This document shows, piece after piece, positions 9,872-19,182 of a DNA stretch of 47,971 nucleotides. The notes below the pieces were generated by a model. It ran no database searches, was not told the DNA's origin, and saw nothing but the letters and a program-made list of their open reading frames with translations. The DNA is from Flavobacterium sp. (GTDB lineage: Bacteria > Bacteroidota > Bacteroidia > Flavobacteriales > Flavobacteriaceae). Made by a program: the position numbers and the translations under genes. The stretch is from the NCBI GenBank assembly GCA_965662615.1, contig CBFIIG010000001.1:1-47971 (forward strand), in the 5' to 3' direction. Each line of letters opens with the position of its first letter. Positions within the stretch are counted from its first letter, which is position 1.

Positions 9872-10477
9872 ATGAATCTATTTAGAAAACTTTTTGGATC
9901 AATTTCAGATTCTGAATCTGACGAAAACACAAATCAAAGTCCTTATATACCAACTGAAGAAGTTCCTACAGACGAGTTATTTACCAATAATTTTATTGAA
10001 AATGGTGGTAAATTTATTTACTGCGAGAACCCAGTTGAGCTTCAAGAAAACTTTGTTAATATATTAGTGGAAAACGATTGGTTTGAAAAAGATGTGATTT
10101 GTAACGAAGACAGACTAATGCATTTACTAAAGGAAAACAACCTTAACAAAACAACAAACGATAACGCAAATTTTATTTTCACAACTTGCGAAAGTTTAAT
10201 TGCAGATGATGGAGCTGTTCTTTTTTCATCTTCTCAAATACAACAAAAAAAGCCAAACGATTTACCTGTAAATTTTGTAGTTTATGCTACCACAAGTCAA
10301 ATTGTAAAAACAAAAAGTGATGGAATGCGTTTTTTAAAAAATAAATACACTAAAGAATACCCATCTAATATTACTACAATTACTAACTACAACACAAAAC
10401 ATGTAGGAGAACAAGATTTTTTAAATTATGGGAACAATCCTAAAAATTTATACTTGCTTCTGTTAGAAGACCTTTAA
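9872..10477 (+). CDS. LUD (lactate utilisation B/C-like) domain protein
   Basis: F..NF..NGGKFIYCE and TTCESLIADDG segments; usual ftsH-cdsA neighbourhood in Bacteroidota. Confidence 0.7.
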   Translation: MNLFRKLFGSISDSESDENTNQSPYIPTEEVPTDELFTNNFIENGGKFIYCENPVELQENFVNILVENDWFEKDVICNEDRLMHLLKENNLNKTTNDNANFIFTTCESLIADDGAVLFSSSQIQQKKPNDLPVNFVVYATTSQIVKTKSDGMRFLKNKYTKEYPSNITTITNYNTKHVGEQDFLNYGNNPKNLYLLLLEDL

Positions 10478-10481
10478 TTCT

Positions 10482-11288
10482 ATGAACGAAACTTTAGTTA
10501 GACTGGCTTCTGGAATTGTATATGTAGTTCTTTTACTTTTTTGTGTTACTTTTTCTAAAGAAAGTTTTTTTGCTTTATTTGGTACATTTTTACTTATTGC
10601 TAGTTTTGAGTTTTCTAAATTAGTAAACTTAAACAAATGGCTTTTAATAAGTATTGCAGCCTTAAGTTTAGTGTTTATATATCCTCATTTTAATAACAAA
10701 CTCGAAAACTTAGATTATATAATTACACTGTTTTCTGTAACTACACTATTCTATTTGATTTACAATCTTTTTTTGCAAAAGGAAAATCCAAAAAAGTTAG
10801 ATTTCATGTACTTTATAGGTTATATTATTTTACCCTTTATAATTGCTTTAAAAATACCATTCGACGGAATAAATTACCGCCCAAAAATATTTATATCCAT
10901 AATTATTTTAATTTGGACAAACGATACTTTTGCGTACCTTGTTGGTAAAAATTTTGGTAAAAATAAATTATTTCCGAGTATTTCGCCAAAAAAAACAATT
11001 GAAGGATTTGTAGGCGGAATGATATTTACCGTAATTTGCGGTCTTTTACTAGCAAACTATTATATTAATGCAAATTCACCTTATATTTGGATAATAATTG
11101 CATTAATCGTTAGTGTTTTTAGTACTATTGGCGATTTAATAGAGTCAAAATTTAAAAGATCAGCAGGTGTAAAAGACAGTGGAAAAATAATGCCAGGTCA
11201 CGGAGGTATTTTAGATCGGTTAGATAGTATTATATTTGTAGTTCCGTTTATTTATTTATTTTATTTAATAAAAAATTATGTTTCATAA
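10482..11288 (+). CDS. cdsA: Phosphatidate cytidylyltransferase
   Basis: ISPKKTIEG, GDLIESKFKR..GVKDSG.IMPGHGGILDRLDS. Confidence 0.96.
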   Translation: MNETLVRLASGIVYVVLLLFCVTFSKESFFALFGTFLLIASFEFSKLVNLNKWLLISIAALSLVFIYPHFNNKLENLDYIITLFSVTTLFYLIYNLFLQKENPKKLDFMYFIGYIILPFIIALKIPFDGINYRPKIFISIIILIWTNDTFAYLVGKNFGKNKLFPSISPKKTIEGFVGGMIFTVICGLLLANYYINANSPYIWIIIALIVSVFSTIGDLIESKFKRSAGVKDSGKIMPGHGGILDRLDSIIFVVPFIYLFYLIKNYVS

Positions 11289-11928
11289 AGAAGGTTCAAA
11301 AATTATTTTTGGTAGTGTAGTTTTAGTGGTAGCTTTATTATTAGCAACCGATTATTTTATTGCAATACCCTGGCTTAGAGCAGGAGTTACAATTTTAGCT
11401 ATTGTATTTTTAATTTTAATTTTACAGTTTTTTAGAAACCCTAAAAGAACAGTTGACAATAGCGACAATCATGTACTTGCTCCTGTTGACGGAAAAGTTG
11501 TAGTTATAGAAGAGGTTTTTGAACCTGAATATTTTAAAGACAAACGTTTAATGGTTTCTATATTTATGTCTCCTTTAAATGTGCACGTTACACGTTATGC
11601 AACTAACGGAGTAGTAAAATATAGCCAATACCACCCTGGAAAGTATTTAGTAGCATGGCACCCAAAAGCAAGCGAAGAAAATGAGCGTACAACAGTTGTA
11701 GTAAACAACCGTGTTTATGGCGAAATTATGTACCGCCAAATTGCTGGAGCTTTAGCAAGAAGAATTGTAAATTATGCGCAAGTAGGACAAAGAGCTGTTC
11801 AAGGTGCAGACGCTGGATTTATAAAATTTGGTTCTAGAGTAGATTTATACTTCCCTATTGGAACTGAAATAAATGTAAAATTGGGTGAAAAAGCAATTGG
11901 AGCAAAAACTATAATTGCCAAAAAATAA
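11278..11928 (+). CDS. psd: Phosphatidylserine decarboxylase proenzyme
   Basis: FFRNP, APVDG, IFMSPLNVH, self-cleavage motif FGSRVD. Confidence 0.95.
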   Translation: MFHKEGSKIIFGSVVLVVALLLATDYFIAIPWLRAGVTILAIVFLILILQFFRNPKRTVDNSDNHVLAPVDGKVVVIEEVFEPEYFKDKRLMVSIFMSPLNVHVTRYATNGVVKYSQYHPGKYLVAWHPKASEENERTTVVVNNRVYGEIMYRQIAGALARRIVNYAQVGQRAVQGADAGFIKFGSRVDLYFPIGTEINVKLGEKAIGAKTIIAKK

Positions 11929-11930
11929 TT

Positions 11931-12221
11931 ATGAGCTTAGAAAATTTAGATCAATTGTTTGACGAAGCGTTTGAAAACGCCAATCTAATTCCGCAGGAAT
12001 CTGTTCCGCAGGATCTACAATTGGTTTTATATGGTTTATACAAACAAGCTTCTTCTGGTAAAACACAACAGCCAAACGCCTCGCAAGACATGATTGATTT
12101 ACGTCACGCATTTAAAACAAATGCCTGGATGCAAGTAAAACACCTTAGTCAAAATGATGCAAAAACTGAGTACATTAAAATTATTAATGACTTATTAAAA
12201 GAACAAAATGAGAATCTTTAA
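11931..12221 (+). CDS. Acyl-CoA-binding protein (ACBP)
   Basis: LYGLYKQA, K.NAW, AK.EYI signature. Confidence 0.88.
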   Translation: MSLENLDQLFDEAFENANLIPQESVPQDLQLVLYGLYKQASSGKTQQPNASQDMIDLRHAFKTNAWMQVKHLSQNDAKTEYIKIINDLLKEQNENL

Positions 12222-12978
12222 AATTACTTTTTCAATAGCATTGTTAAGTTTACTAAATAGCTGTGGTAACAATAGTAATTTAGAAGAAGTAATGATTCCC
12301 GATCCAGAAGTTACATCAACCAAAGACATAGGAAGCCCGAAAGATGTAGAAATTACAGATGGTAATTTTGACTTAACGGAATTAAAGTTCGAATACGACG
12401 AGTACAAGCCTTTTATAGATGCTAAAACCATGGAATTGCATTATGCAACTTACTATGTTAAAATTACTGAAAAGCTAAACAAAGCTATTGAAGAAACTTC
12501 TTATAAAGAAAGTAAAATAGTACCAATGCTTAAAAGTTTAAAAAGTAGCGAGAGAGAACTTGAAGAGTTAGCGGTAGATTATTACAACCATAGCTTTTTC
12601 TTCTCTATTTTAGGAAAAGAAAATTACAACAATCCTAAAGGACAACTAATGGAACAAATCACAAAGGATTTTGGTTCTTATACAGCTTTAAAATCTGAAT
12701 TCACAACATTAGCAAGAGCAAATACTAACGGTTGGATTTGGCTTATTCAAAATAAAAGCGGTGGATTAAATTTGGTTCACTCTTCCAATTTAACCAACCC
12801 TATTTTACCTTCATTTATACAAAAAGGAAATCCTATTTTAGCATTAGACCTTAATGAACATGCTTACTTTTTAAAATATAATTTTAATAAAAACGATTAT
12901 ATTTTCAATTTCTTTAAAGCCATAAATTGGGAAGTTGTAGAACAAAATTTTAGCGATAATAGTACAATAGAACAATAA
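12208..12978 (+). CDS. Fe/Mn superoxide dismutase family lipoprotein (divergent)
   Basis: TMELHY, YNHSFF and DLNEHAY motifs; lipobox LNSC. Confidence 0.85.
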   Translation: MRIFKITFSIALLSLLNSCGNNSNLEEVMIPDPEVTSTKDIGSPKDVEITDGNFDLTELKFEYDEYKPFIDAKTMELHYATYYVKITEKLNKAIEETSYKESKIVPMLKSLKSSERELEELAVDYYNHSFFFSILGKENYNNPKGQLMEQITKDFGSYTALKSEFTTLARANTNGWIWLIQNKSGGLNLVHSSNLTNPILPSFIQKGNPILALDLNEHAYFLKYNFNKNDYIFNFFKAINWEVVEQNFSDNSTIEQ

Positions 12979-13003
12979 AAAAAGCTGCCCATTATAGACA
13001 GCT
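12977..13003 (-). terminator. Intrinsic terminator for rocD
   Basis: Minus strand agctgtct-ataat-gggcagct (with G-U pairs) followed by a T tract. Confidence 0.65.
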
Positions 13004-13029
13004 AATATTTATTTTATTGTTTTAAAATC

Positions 13030-14310
13030 TTAGTTTTCAAACTCTTTTAATGTTTTTGTAATTATAGCAACACAATCTAATAATTGAGCTTCTGAAATTA
13101 CAAGTGGTGGTGCAAAACGAATTATATTTCCGTGTGTTGGTTTTGCCAACAATCCATTTTCAGAAAGTTTCATACAAATATTCCAAGCCGTTTCACTTTC
13201 TTCGTGATCGTTAATTACAATAGCATTTAACAATCCTTTTCCTCTTACTAAATTAACCACATTACTAGTTGCAATGTATTCGTTCATTTTTGCTCTAAAT
13301 AAATCTCCTAAAGCACGTGCATTTTGAATTAAATGCTCATCGTTAACCACATCTAAAGCTGCCATAGCAACTGCAGCAGCAACTGGATTTCCACCAAAAG
13401 TAGAACCGTGCTGACCTGGTTTAATCACATTCATAATAGCATCATTTGCTAAAACCGCAGATACAGGGTACGCACCTCCAGAAAGAGCTTTACCTAAAAT
13501 TAAAACATCCGGTTGAGTATACGTATTGGCTTGTTTTTCACATTTATTCTCACAAGAACAATTACCACAAACAGCCAATAAAGAACCTGTTCTAGCAATT
13601 CCTGTTTGTACCTCATCTGCAATAAACAATACGTTATGAGCAGCACAAAGGCGTTTTGCTTCTTTAATAAAATCTTCACTTGGTACATAAACTCCAGCTT
13701 CACCTTGAATAGGCTCTACTAAAAACCCAGCTATATTTTTAGACGATGTTAATGCAGCTTCTAAAGCTTTTAAATTATCGTATTCAATTTTAATAAAACC
13801 ATCTGTATAAGGACCAAAGTTTTTACGTGCATTTTCATCGTTAGAAAAAGAAATAATTGTAGTGGTTCTTCCGTGGAAATTGTTTTCACAAACAATAATT
13901 TGAGCCTCTTGCTCCTTTATTCCTTTTACTTCGTAAGCCCATTTTCTACATATTTTAATAGCCGTTTCAACTGCTTCGGCTCCTGTATTCATAGGTAACA
14001 CTTTATCAAAACCAAAATAGTCGGTTACGTATTTTTCATACACACCTAATTTATCATTAAAAAAGGCACGAGAAGTTAAAGTTAATGTTTCTGCTTGTTC
14101 ATTCATTGCTCCCACAATAGCAGGATGACAATGCCCTTGGTTTACAGCCGAATAAGCCGATAAAAAATCGTAATACTGCTTTCCTTCCACATCCCAAACA
14201 TGCACCCCTTTTCCTTTGCTTAATACAACAGGTAGTGGGTGATAATTGTGAGCTCCGTGTTTATTTTCTAAAGCAATAGCTTCAGCTGAACTTTTTGAAC
14301 GTAATGACAT
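13030..14310 (-). CDS. rocD: Ornithine--oxo-acid aminotransferase
   Basis: GAHNYHPLPV, FLSAYSAVNQGH, PMNTGAEA, EPIQGEAG, DEVQTG, PLP lysine in LGKALSGG, HGSTFGGNP. Confidence 0.96.
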   Translation of the reverse strand: MSLRSKSSAEAIALENKHGAHNYHPLPVVLSKGKGVHVWDVEGKQYYDFLSAYSAVNQGHCHPAIVGAMNEQAETLTLTSRAFFNDKLGVYEKYVTDYFGFDKVLPMNTGAEAVETAIKICRKWAYEVKGIKEQEAQIIVCENNFHGRTTTIISFSNDENARKNFGPYTDGFIKIEYDNLKALEAALTSSKNIAGFLVEPIQGEAGVYVPSEDFIKEAKRLCAAHNVLFIADEVQTGIARTGSLLAVCGNCSCENKCEKQANTYTQPDVLILGKALSGGAYPVSAVLANDAIMNVIKPGQHGSTFGGNPVAAAVAMAALDVVNDEHLIQNARALGDLFRAKMNEYIATSNVVNLVRGKGLLNAIVINDHEESETAWNICMKLSENGLLAKPTHGNIIRFAPPLVISEAQLLDCVAIITKTLKEFEN

Positions 14311-14375
14311 TTAATAAATTTTAAAATAAATACTTTCGATTCCTACTTTTGGAGAGAAATCACCCATTATTTTGA

Positions 14376-14383
14376 CAAATCTA
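14376..14383 (-). promoter_or_regulatory. -7 promoter box for rocD
   Basis: TAGATTTG on minus strand, implying a leader of about 60 nt. Confidence 0.6.
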
Positions 14384-14411
14384 CAAAATATAACCATTTT
14401 TATAAAACAAT

Positions 14412-14960
14412 TTAGTTGTATTCATTATACATTTCTAAAAGTTTAGTAATGGTATTCCAGTTTCTAATGGTAACAGCCGTATTTAATTTTTTCTTAATGT
14501 AGCGTTGATCTAATTTGGTTTTACCAGCTCCACTTATGTATTTTAAATAAATTTGAGCACCGTCAACCTGAGCCAAATCGGGCTTTACGCTACTCATTTT
14601 TAAATCGTTTATAGCATTTGTATTTAAATCTTTAGACACAAAAGCTACATACAATTGCTTGGTATCTGCATTTTGCTCTTTAAAAAATGAATTATTCTTA
14701 AAACAAGCTTCTAAATTATTTTTGGTAATTATAATACAAGGCACATCAAATCCAAAAGCCGTAAAAATAAGTTGTTTTACTTTAAAACTAACCGTAGCTG
14801 CATCTTCTTCTTCGGTGGTTAAAAACACATTACCCGACTGTATATAGGTTATTACATTTTGGTAACCGTTATTTTCTAGCGCTTTTTTAAGTGCGTCCAT
14901 TTTAATCATGTTGTGTCCAGAAACGTTAATTCCGCTAAGTAATACCAAGTGCGTATGCAT
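14412..14960 (-). CDS. DUF1697 domain protein
   Basis: GINVSG, TYIQSGNV and T.RNWNT motifs. Confidence 0.88.
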   Translation of the reverse strand: MHTHLVLLSGINVSGHNMIKMDALKKALENNGYQNVITYIQSGNVFLTTEEEDAATVSFKVKQLIFTAFGFDVPCIIITKNNLEACFKNNSFFKEQNADTKQLYVAFVSKDLNTNAINDLKMSSVKPDLAQVDGAQIYLKYISGAGKTKLDQRYIKKKLNTAVTIRNWNTITKLLEMYNEYN

Positions 14961-15017
14961 GTTTTTTATTTTTTTTTATAAAAGTAAAATAATTTATCAA
15001 AAACCACCAACAATCCT

Positions 15018-15025
15018 TATTTTTG
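15018..15025 (+). promoter_or_regulatory. -7 promoter box for rlmD (4 nt from the ATG)
   Basis: TATTTTTG. Confidence 0.65.
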
Positions 15026-15029
15026 TGCC

Positions 15030-16445
15030 ATGGGAAGAAAAAGAACAGATAGAGCAATTTTTGAAAATATAGAGATTTTAGATGCTGGAGCCAAAGGCGT
15101 ATCGATTGGTAAAGCACCCGACGGAAAAATAATTTTAGTACCCAATGTGGTTCCTGGTGATGTGGTTGACATACAAACCCAGAAAAAACGCAAACAATAT
15201 TACGAAGGTAAAGCAATAAAAATTCATAAAGAATCTGCAAACCGTATAGAAGCCGTTTGTGAACATTTTGGCGTTTGTGGTGGTTGCAAATGGCAAAACA
15301 TGAAATATGAACAACAACTTTTTTATAAAAACCAAGAAGTTGCTAATAACCTAAAACGTATTGGTAAAATAGAATTACCCGAATTTGAACCTATTTTAGG
15401 CTCGGAAAAGCAATTTTTCTACCGTAATAAAATGGAGTTCGGTTTTTCTAATGCCCGTTGGATGACGTTAGAAGAAATACAAAGCAACGAAGAATTAGAC
15501 AATAAAAATGCGTTAGGATTTCATATTCCTCGAATGTGGGATAAAATTTTAGACATTAAAAAATGCCATTTACAAGAAGATCCTTCTAATGCCATAAGAA
15601 ACGAAGTTAGAGATTTTGCGAATGCAAACAATTTAACCTTTTTTAACCCTAGAGATCATCATGGGTTATTAAGAACTTTAATGATTAGAACCGCTTCTAC
15701 TGGCGAAATAATGGTTTTAATTCAGTTTTTTGACGACGAAAAAGAGAACAGAGAATTGCTTTTAAACCATTTGGCAGAAACCTTCCCAAATATTACATCA
15801 TTATTATATGTGATAAATCAAAAAGCAAACGACACGCTTTACGACCAAGACATTCAGTTGTTTAAAGGACGTTTGTATATTTTAGAAGAAATGGAAGGTT
15901 TGCACTTTAGTATAAATGCTAAATCTTTTTACCAAACCAATTCAGAACAGGCCTATAATTTGTATAAAATTACAAGAGATTTTGCAGGTTTAACGGGTAA
16001 TGAAGTAGTTTACGATTTATATACAGGTACAGGAACCATTGCTCAATTTGTGTCTAAAAAGGCAAAAAAAGTAATAGGTGTAGAAGCCGTTCCAGATGCT
16101 ATTGAAGATGCAAAAGCAAATGCAGTTCGCAATAAAATAGACAATTGTGAGTTTTTTGTTGGTGACATGAAAAATGTTTTTAACGATGCTTTTATTGCTA
16201 CTCACGGTCAGCCAGACGTTGTAATTACCGACCCACCAAGAGACGGAATGCATAAAGATGTGGTTGCTCAGTTATTAAAAATTGGTGCCGAAAAAATTGT
16301 TTACGTAAGTTGTAATAGCGGAACGCAAGCGAGAGATTTAGCACTGTTAGACGAAATGTATCAAGTTACACGTGTTAGACCTGTAGATATGTTTCCGCAA
16401 ACGCATCACGTAGAAAATGTGGTATTATTAGAAAAAAGAAAATAA
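15030..16445 (+). CDS. rlmD: 23S rRNA (uracil-1939-C5)-methyltransferase
   Basis: TRAM domain, CEHFGVCGGC Fe-S motif, SFYQTN, DLYTGTG, DPPR, YVSCN, DMFPQTHHVE. Confidence 0.94.
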   Translation: MGRKRTDRAIFENIEILDAGAKGVSIGKAPDGKIILVPNVVPGDVVDIQTQKKRKQYYEGKAIKIHKESANRIEAVCEHFGVCGGCKWQNMKYEQQLFYKNQEVANNLKRIGKIELPEFEPILGSEKQFFYRNKMEFGFSNARWMTLEEIQSNEELDNKNALGFHIPRMWDKILDIKKCHLQEDPSNAIRNEVRDFANANNLTFFNPRDHHGLLRTLMIRTASTGEIMVLIQFFDDEKENRELLLNHLAETFPNITSLLYVINQKANDTLYDQDIQLFKGRLYILEEMEGLHFSINAKSFYQTNSEQAYNLYKITRDFAGLTGNEVVYDLYTGTGTIAQFVSKKAKKVIGVEAVPDAIEDAKANAVRNKIDNCEFFVGDMKNVFNDAFIATHGQPDVVITDPPRDGMHKDVVAQLLKIGAEKIVYVSCNSGTQARDLALLDEMYQVTRVRPVDMFPQTHHVENVVLLEKRK

Positions 16446-16943
16446 ATGAAAAAATTAGCTGTACTTTTATGTAGTATTTCAATGCTTTTAAGCTGCGAGA
16501 AAGATGATATTTGCGATCAAGCAACTACACCTAAAATGGTGTTTTCTTTTTACGATATTACAGATACCAGTTTAGAAAAAAGTCCAGTTGATTTTGCTGT
16601 TTTTGGAGAAGGTAACGAAACCGCAATAAACCAAAGTGTAAACGGAGCAAATGATAGTTTTAAAGCTGGTATTCCTTTAAAAACTACAGCCGACAGCAGT
16701 ACCTTTTTATTTATTCAGAATTATACAGACGAAAACGAAACAAATACTGACACCCTAACGGTAAATTATTCTCGAAACGAAGTCTATGTATCTAGAGGTT
16801 GTGGCTTTAAAACTAATTTTACTTTAAACGACACAAACGGTGTAGCATTAACTGCCGATACCGATAACTGGATACAAAATATAGAAATTGAAAATAGTGT
16901 AATAACCAATGAAACTACTGTACATGTTAAAATCTATTTTTAG
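16446..16943 (+). CDS. Lipoprotein, DUF6452-like
   Basis: Lipobox LLSC followed by EKDDIC; YVSRGCGFK. Confidence 0.65.
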   Translation: MKKLAVLLCSISMLLSCEKDDICDQATTPKMVFSFYDITDTSLEKSPVDFAVFGEGNETAINQSVNGANDSFKAGIPLKTTADSSTFLFIQNYTDENETNTDTLTVNYSRNEVYVSRGCGFKTNFTLNDTNGVALTADTDNWIQNIEIENSVITNETTVHVKIYF

Positions 16944-17598
16944 TCTATTTTTAGTCATTTTTGCATTAAACGCAACGGCTCAAACCGATACCATTACCTA
17001 TAAAAAACCGTATGGACTTCGTGTGGGTATTGATGCCTTTAAATTAACCAAAACCCTTTTAGATAAAAACTACCAAGGTATAGAAGTTGTAGGTGATTTA
17101 CGCATTACAAATAAAGTGTATGTTGCTGCCGAATTGGGTAACGAAAATTACACGATAGACGATGACCACATGAATTTTACAACAAAAGGAACGTACTTTA
17201 AAATTGGTTTAGACTATAACGCGCACAAAAATTGGTTGGATTTAAACAACATGATTTATACCGGTATTCGATACGGAGCAAGTACTTTTAGCCAAACTTT
17301 AAACAGTTACAGTATTTACGATGCTTCTAATTATTATGGTGAAAACAACCAACAAAGTGGTGAAAAATTTGATGGTTTAACCGCTAATTGGTTAGAGTTT
17401 GTGGCAGGTATAAAAGCAGAAGTGATTAACAATGTTTTTATTGGTTTTTCTGCCCGATTAAATTATAAAATAGGAGATAAAAAACCAGCTAATTTTGACA
17501 ATTTATACATTCCGGGTTTTCATAAAAACTATGGAGGAAATATTGGCGTAGGTTTAAATTACACCATTACATATCAAATTCCGTTTTTAAGAAAGTAA
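16909..17598 (+). CDS. Probable outer-membrane beta-barrel protein, DUF6048-like
   Basis: Signal peptide ATA-Q, alternating beta-strand pattern, YIPGF, C-terminal YTITYQIPF. Confidence 0.65.
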   Translation: MKLLYMLKSIFSLFLVIFALNATAQTDTITYKKPYGLRVGIDAFKLTKTLLDKNYQGIEVVGDLRITNKVYVAAELGNENYTIDDDHMNFTTKGTYFKIGLDYNAHKNWLDLNNMIYTGIRYGASTFSQTLNSYSIYDASNYYGENNQQSGEKFDGLTANWLEFVAGIKAEVINNVFIGFSARLNYKIGDKKPANFDNLYIPGFHKNYGGNIGVGLNYTITYQIPFLRK

Positions 17599-17656
17599 AA
17601 TTTTAGATAATAGAGAAAAGATCGCTTTGCTGAAAGATAAAAGATTTTAAATCTTC

Positions 17657-17890
17657 CTACTTCACCTCTTTTACACCTTTTCTAAAAATCCATTTCATAT
17701 AAATTTTTTCACCAGTTTGCCCTTTTATTGCCTGAAACTTAGGTGCTAAAATGGTTGAAATAACTGCCGCAATAGCAGGTATCCAAAAACCTTGAAACGA
17801 AGAAAATTTCATAACCAATATATAAGCCGGTACATAAAAAACCAGAAAGCCTAAGAAGTTATATAGTAACGATTTTATTTTTTTTGACAT
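17657..17890 (-). CDS. Small two-TM hypothetical membrane protein
   Basis: 77-aa ORF directly downstream of the THUMP methyltransferase; two hydrophobic segments. Confidence 0.7.
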   Translation of the reverse strand: MSKKIKSLLYNFLGFLVFYVPAYILVMKFSSFQGFWIPAIAAVISTILAPKFQAIKGQTGEKIYMKWIFRKGVKEVK

Positions 17891-17910
17891 GTTGTTATTT
17901 TTTATAAAGA

Positions 17911-19077
17911 CTAATTGTCTTCAAAATTATTAAATTTTGCTCTTTTACTACCTGCATACATTTGGTATTTGGCAAAACGAGCTTCTAATTTACCGTTAAA
18001 CAGTTTAATTTTTCTACTTGGTCTTAGGCCTACAAACTTTAAAGCTTCTATGTTTCCTGTAATAAACCAAGCATCTGTATCAGAATAATTTTTCTTTAAG
18101 GTATCCCCTATTTCTCTATAAAAACGCTCCAATTGAATATCTAAACGTTCGCCATAAGGCGGATTAAATACCATGTGTAATTTACCTTCTAACTCTTTTT
18201 CTGTGTTAAAAAAATCTTGTTCTGTTATGGTTATAAACTCACTCAAATTAGCATTGTGTATGTTATCAATTGCTTTTTTAACCGCACTTGGAGCTTTATC
18301 GTAACCAATTATTTTATGATGAAAATCACGTGTTTTACTTAGTAAAGAATCTAAAATTTTATCGAATAATTCGCTATCCCAATCGTTCCATTTTTCAAAA
18401 GCAAACTCTTTTCTGTTAATATTTGCAGGAATGTTACAAGCAATCATAGCGGCTTCTGTCAAAATAGTTCCACTACCACACATAGGATCCATAAAATTGG
18501 TTTCGCCATCCCAACCTGATAAAATCAACATTCCGGCAGCTAAAACTTCGTTTATAGGAGCAATATTTGTAGCGGTTTTATAACCTCTACGGTGTAATGA
18601 TTCCCCAGATGTATCCAAAGAAACCGTAACCATTTCGCGGTCTATATGCACGTGTAATTTTAAATCGGGAAAATCTTTATCAATATCCGGACGCTCCCCT
18701 GTTTTTTCTCTAAATTGGTCCACTATGGCGTCTTTAGACTTTAAAGCCACAAACTGACTGTGGTTAAACTTATCCGAATGCAAAGTAGTATCTATTAAAA
18801 ACGTTTGGTGTGTGCTTAAATAATCTGCCCAATCAATTTGCTGAATGCCTTTATAAAGCATGTTTTCGTTACTTGCTTTAAATGTATGAATGGGTTTTAA
18901 AATTTTAAGTGCAGTACGCAAACCTAAATTGGCTTTGTACATAAATCCCTTATCACCCTCAAAAGTTACAACTCTAACCCCTTTTTGCACATTTTGAGCG
19001 CCTAATTGCGTAAGCTCATTTGCTAATATATCTTCAAAACCAAATAAGGTTTTGGCTACCATTTTAAAATTTTCCAT
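17911..19077 (-). CDS. THUMP-domain RNA (guanine-N2) methyltransferase, RlmL-like; start reassigned to ATG at 19077 (MENFKM...)
   Basis: SLHRRGY, APINEVLAA, DPMCGSGT, NPPYGER. Confidence 0.9.
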   Translation of the reverse strand: MENFKMVAKTLFGFEDILANELTQLGAQNVQKGVRVVTFEGDKGFMYKANLGLRTALKILKPIHTFKASNENMLYKGIQQIDWADYLSTHQTFLIDTTLHSDKFNHSQFVALKSKDAIVDQFREKTGERPDIDKDFPDLKLHVHIDREMVTVSLDTSGESLHRRGYKTATNIAPINEVLAAGMLILSGWDGETNFMDPMCGSGTILTEAAMIACNIPANINRKEFAFEKWNDWDSELFDKILDSLLSKTRDFHHKIIGYDKAPSAVKKAIDNIHNANLSEFITITEQDFFNTEKELEGKLHMVFNPPYGERLDIQLERFYREIGDTLKKNYSDTDAWFITGNIEALKFVGLRPSRKIKLFNGKLEARFAKYQMYAGSKRAKFNNFEDN

Positions 19078-19159
19078 TTTTAGTACTATTGCCCCGTTGG
19101 CATTTAAAATTACAAACACAAAAATCAACTTTCTTTAATTGAATTTTGGTAATAAAGCA

Positions 19160-19167
19160 CAAAAATA
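19160..19167 (-). promoter_or_regulatory. -7 promoter box for the THUMP methyltransferase
   Basis: TATTTTTG on minus strand, back-to-back with the plus-strand box at 19171. Confidence 0.55.
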
Positions 19168-19170
19168 CAT

Positions 19171-19178
19171 TAAATTTG
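19171..19178 (+). promoter_or_regulatory. -7 promoter box for the methyltransferase-ZIP-murQ operon (4 nt from the ATG)
   Basis: TAAATTTG. Confidence 0.65.
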
Positions 19179-19182
19179 CAAG

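Noticed and set aside
14412-14960. DUF1697 gene as a possible pseudogene (LSGINV instead of the usual LRGINV)
   Set aside because: ORF is full length and the other motifs are intact
14935-15335. Short minus-strand ORFs overlapping the rlmD start
   Set aside because: Antisense to rlmD with unprotein-like composition; the other 60-90 aa nested ORFs in the track were rejected for the same reason
17641-17655. Palindrome aagattt-t-aaatctt between convergent genes
   Set aside because: Almost all A/T and too weak to call a terminator
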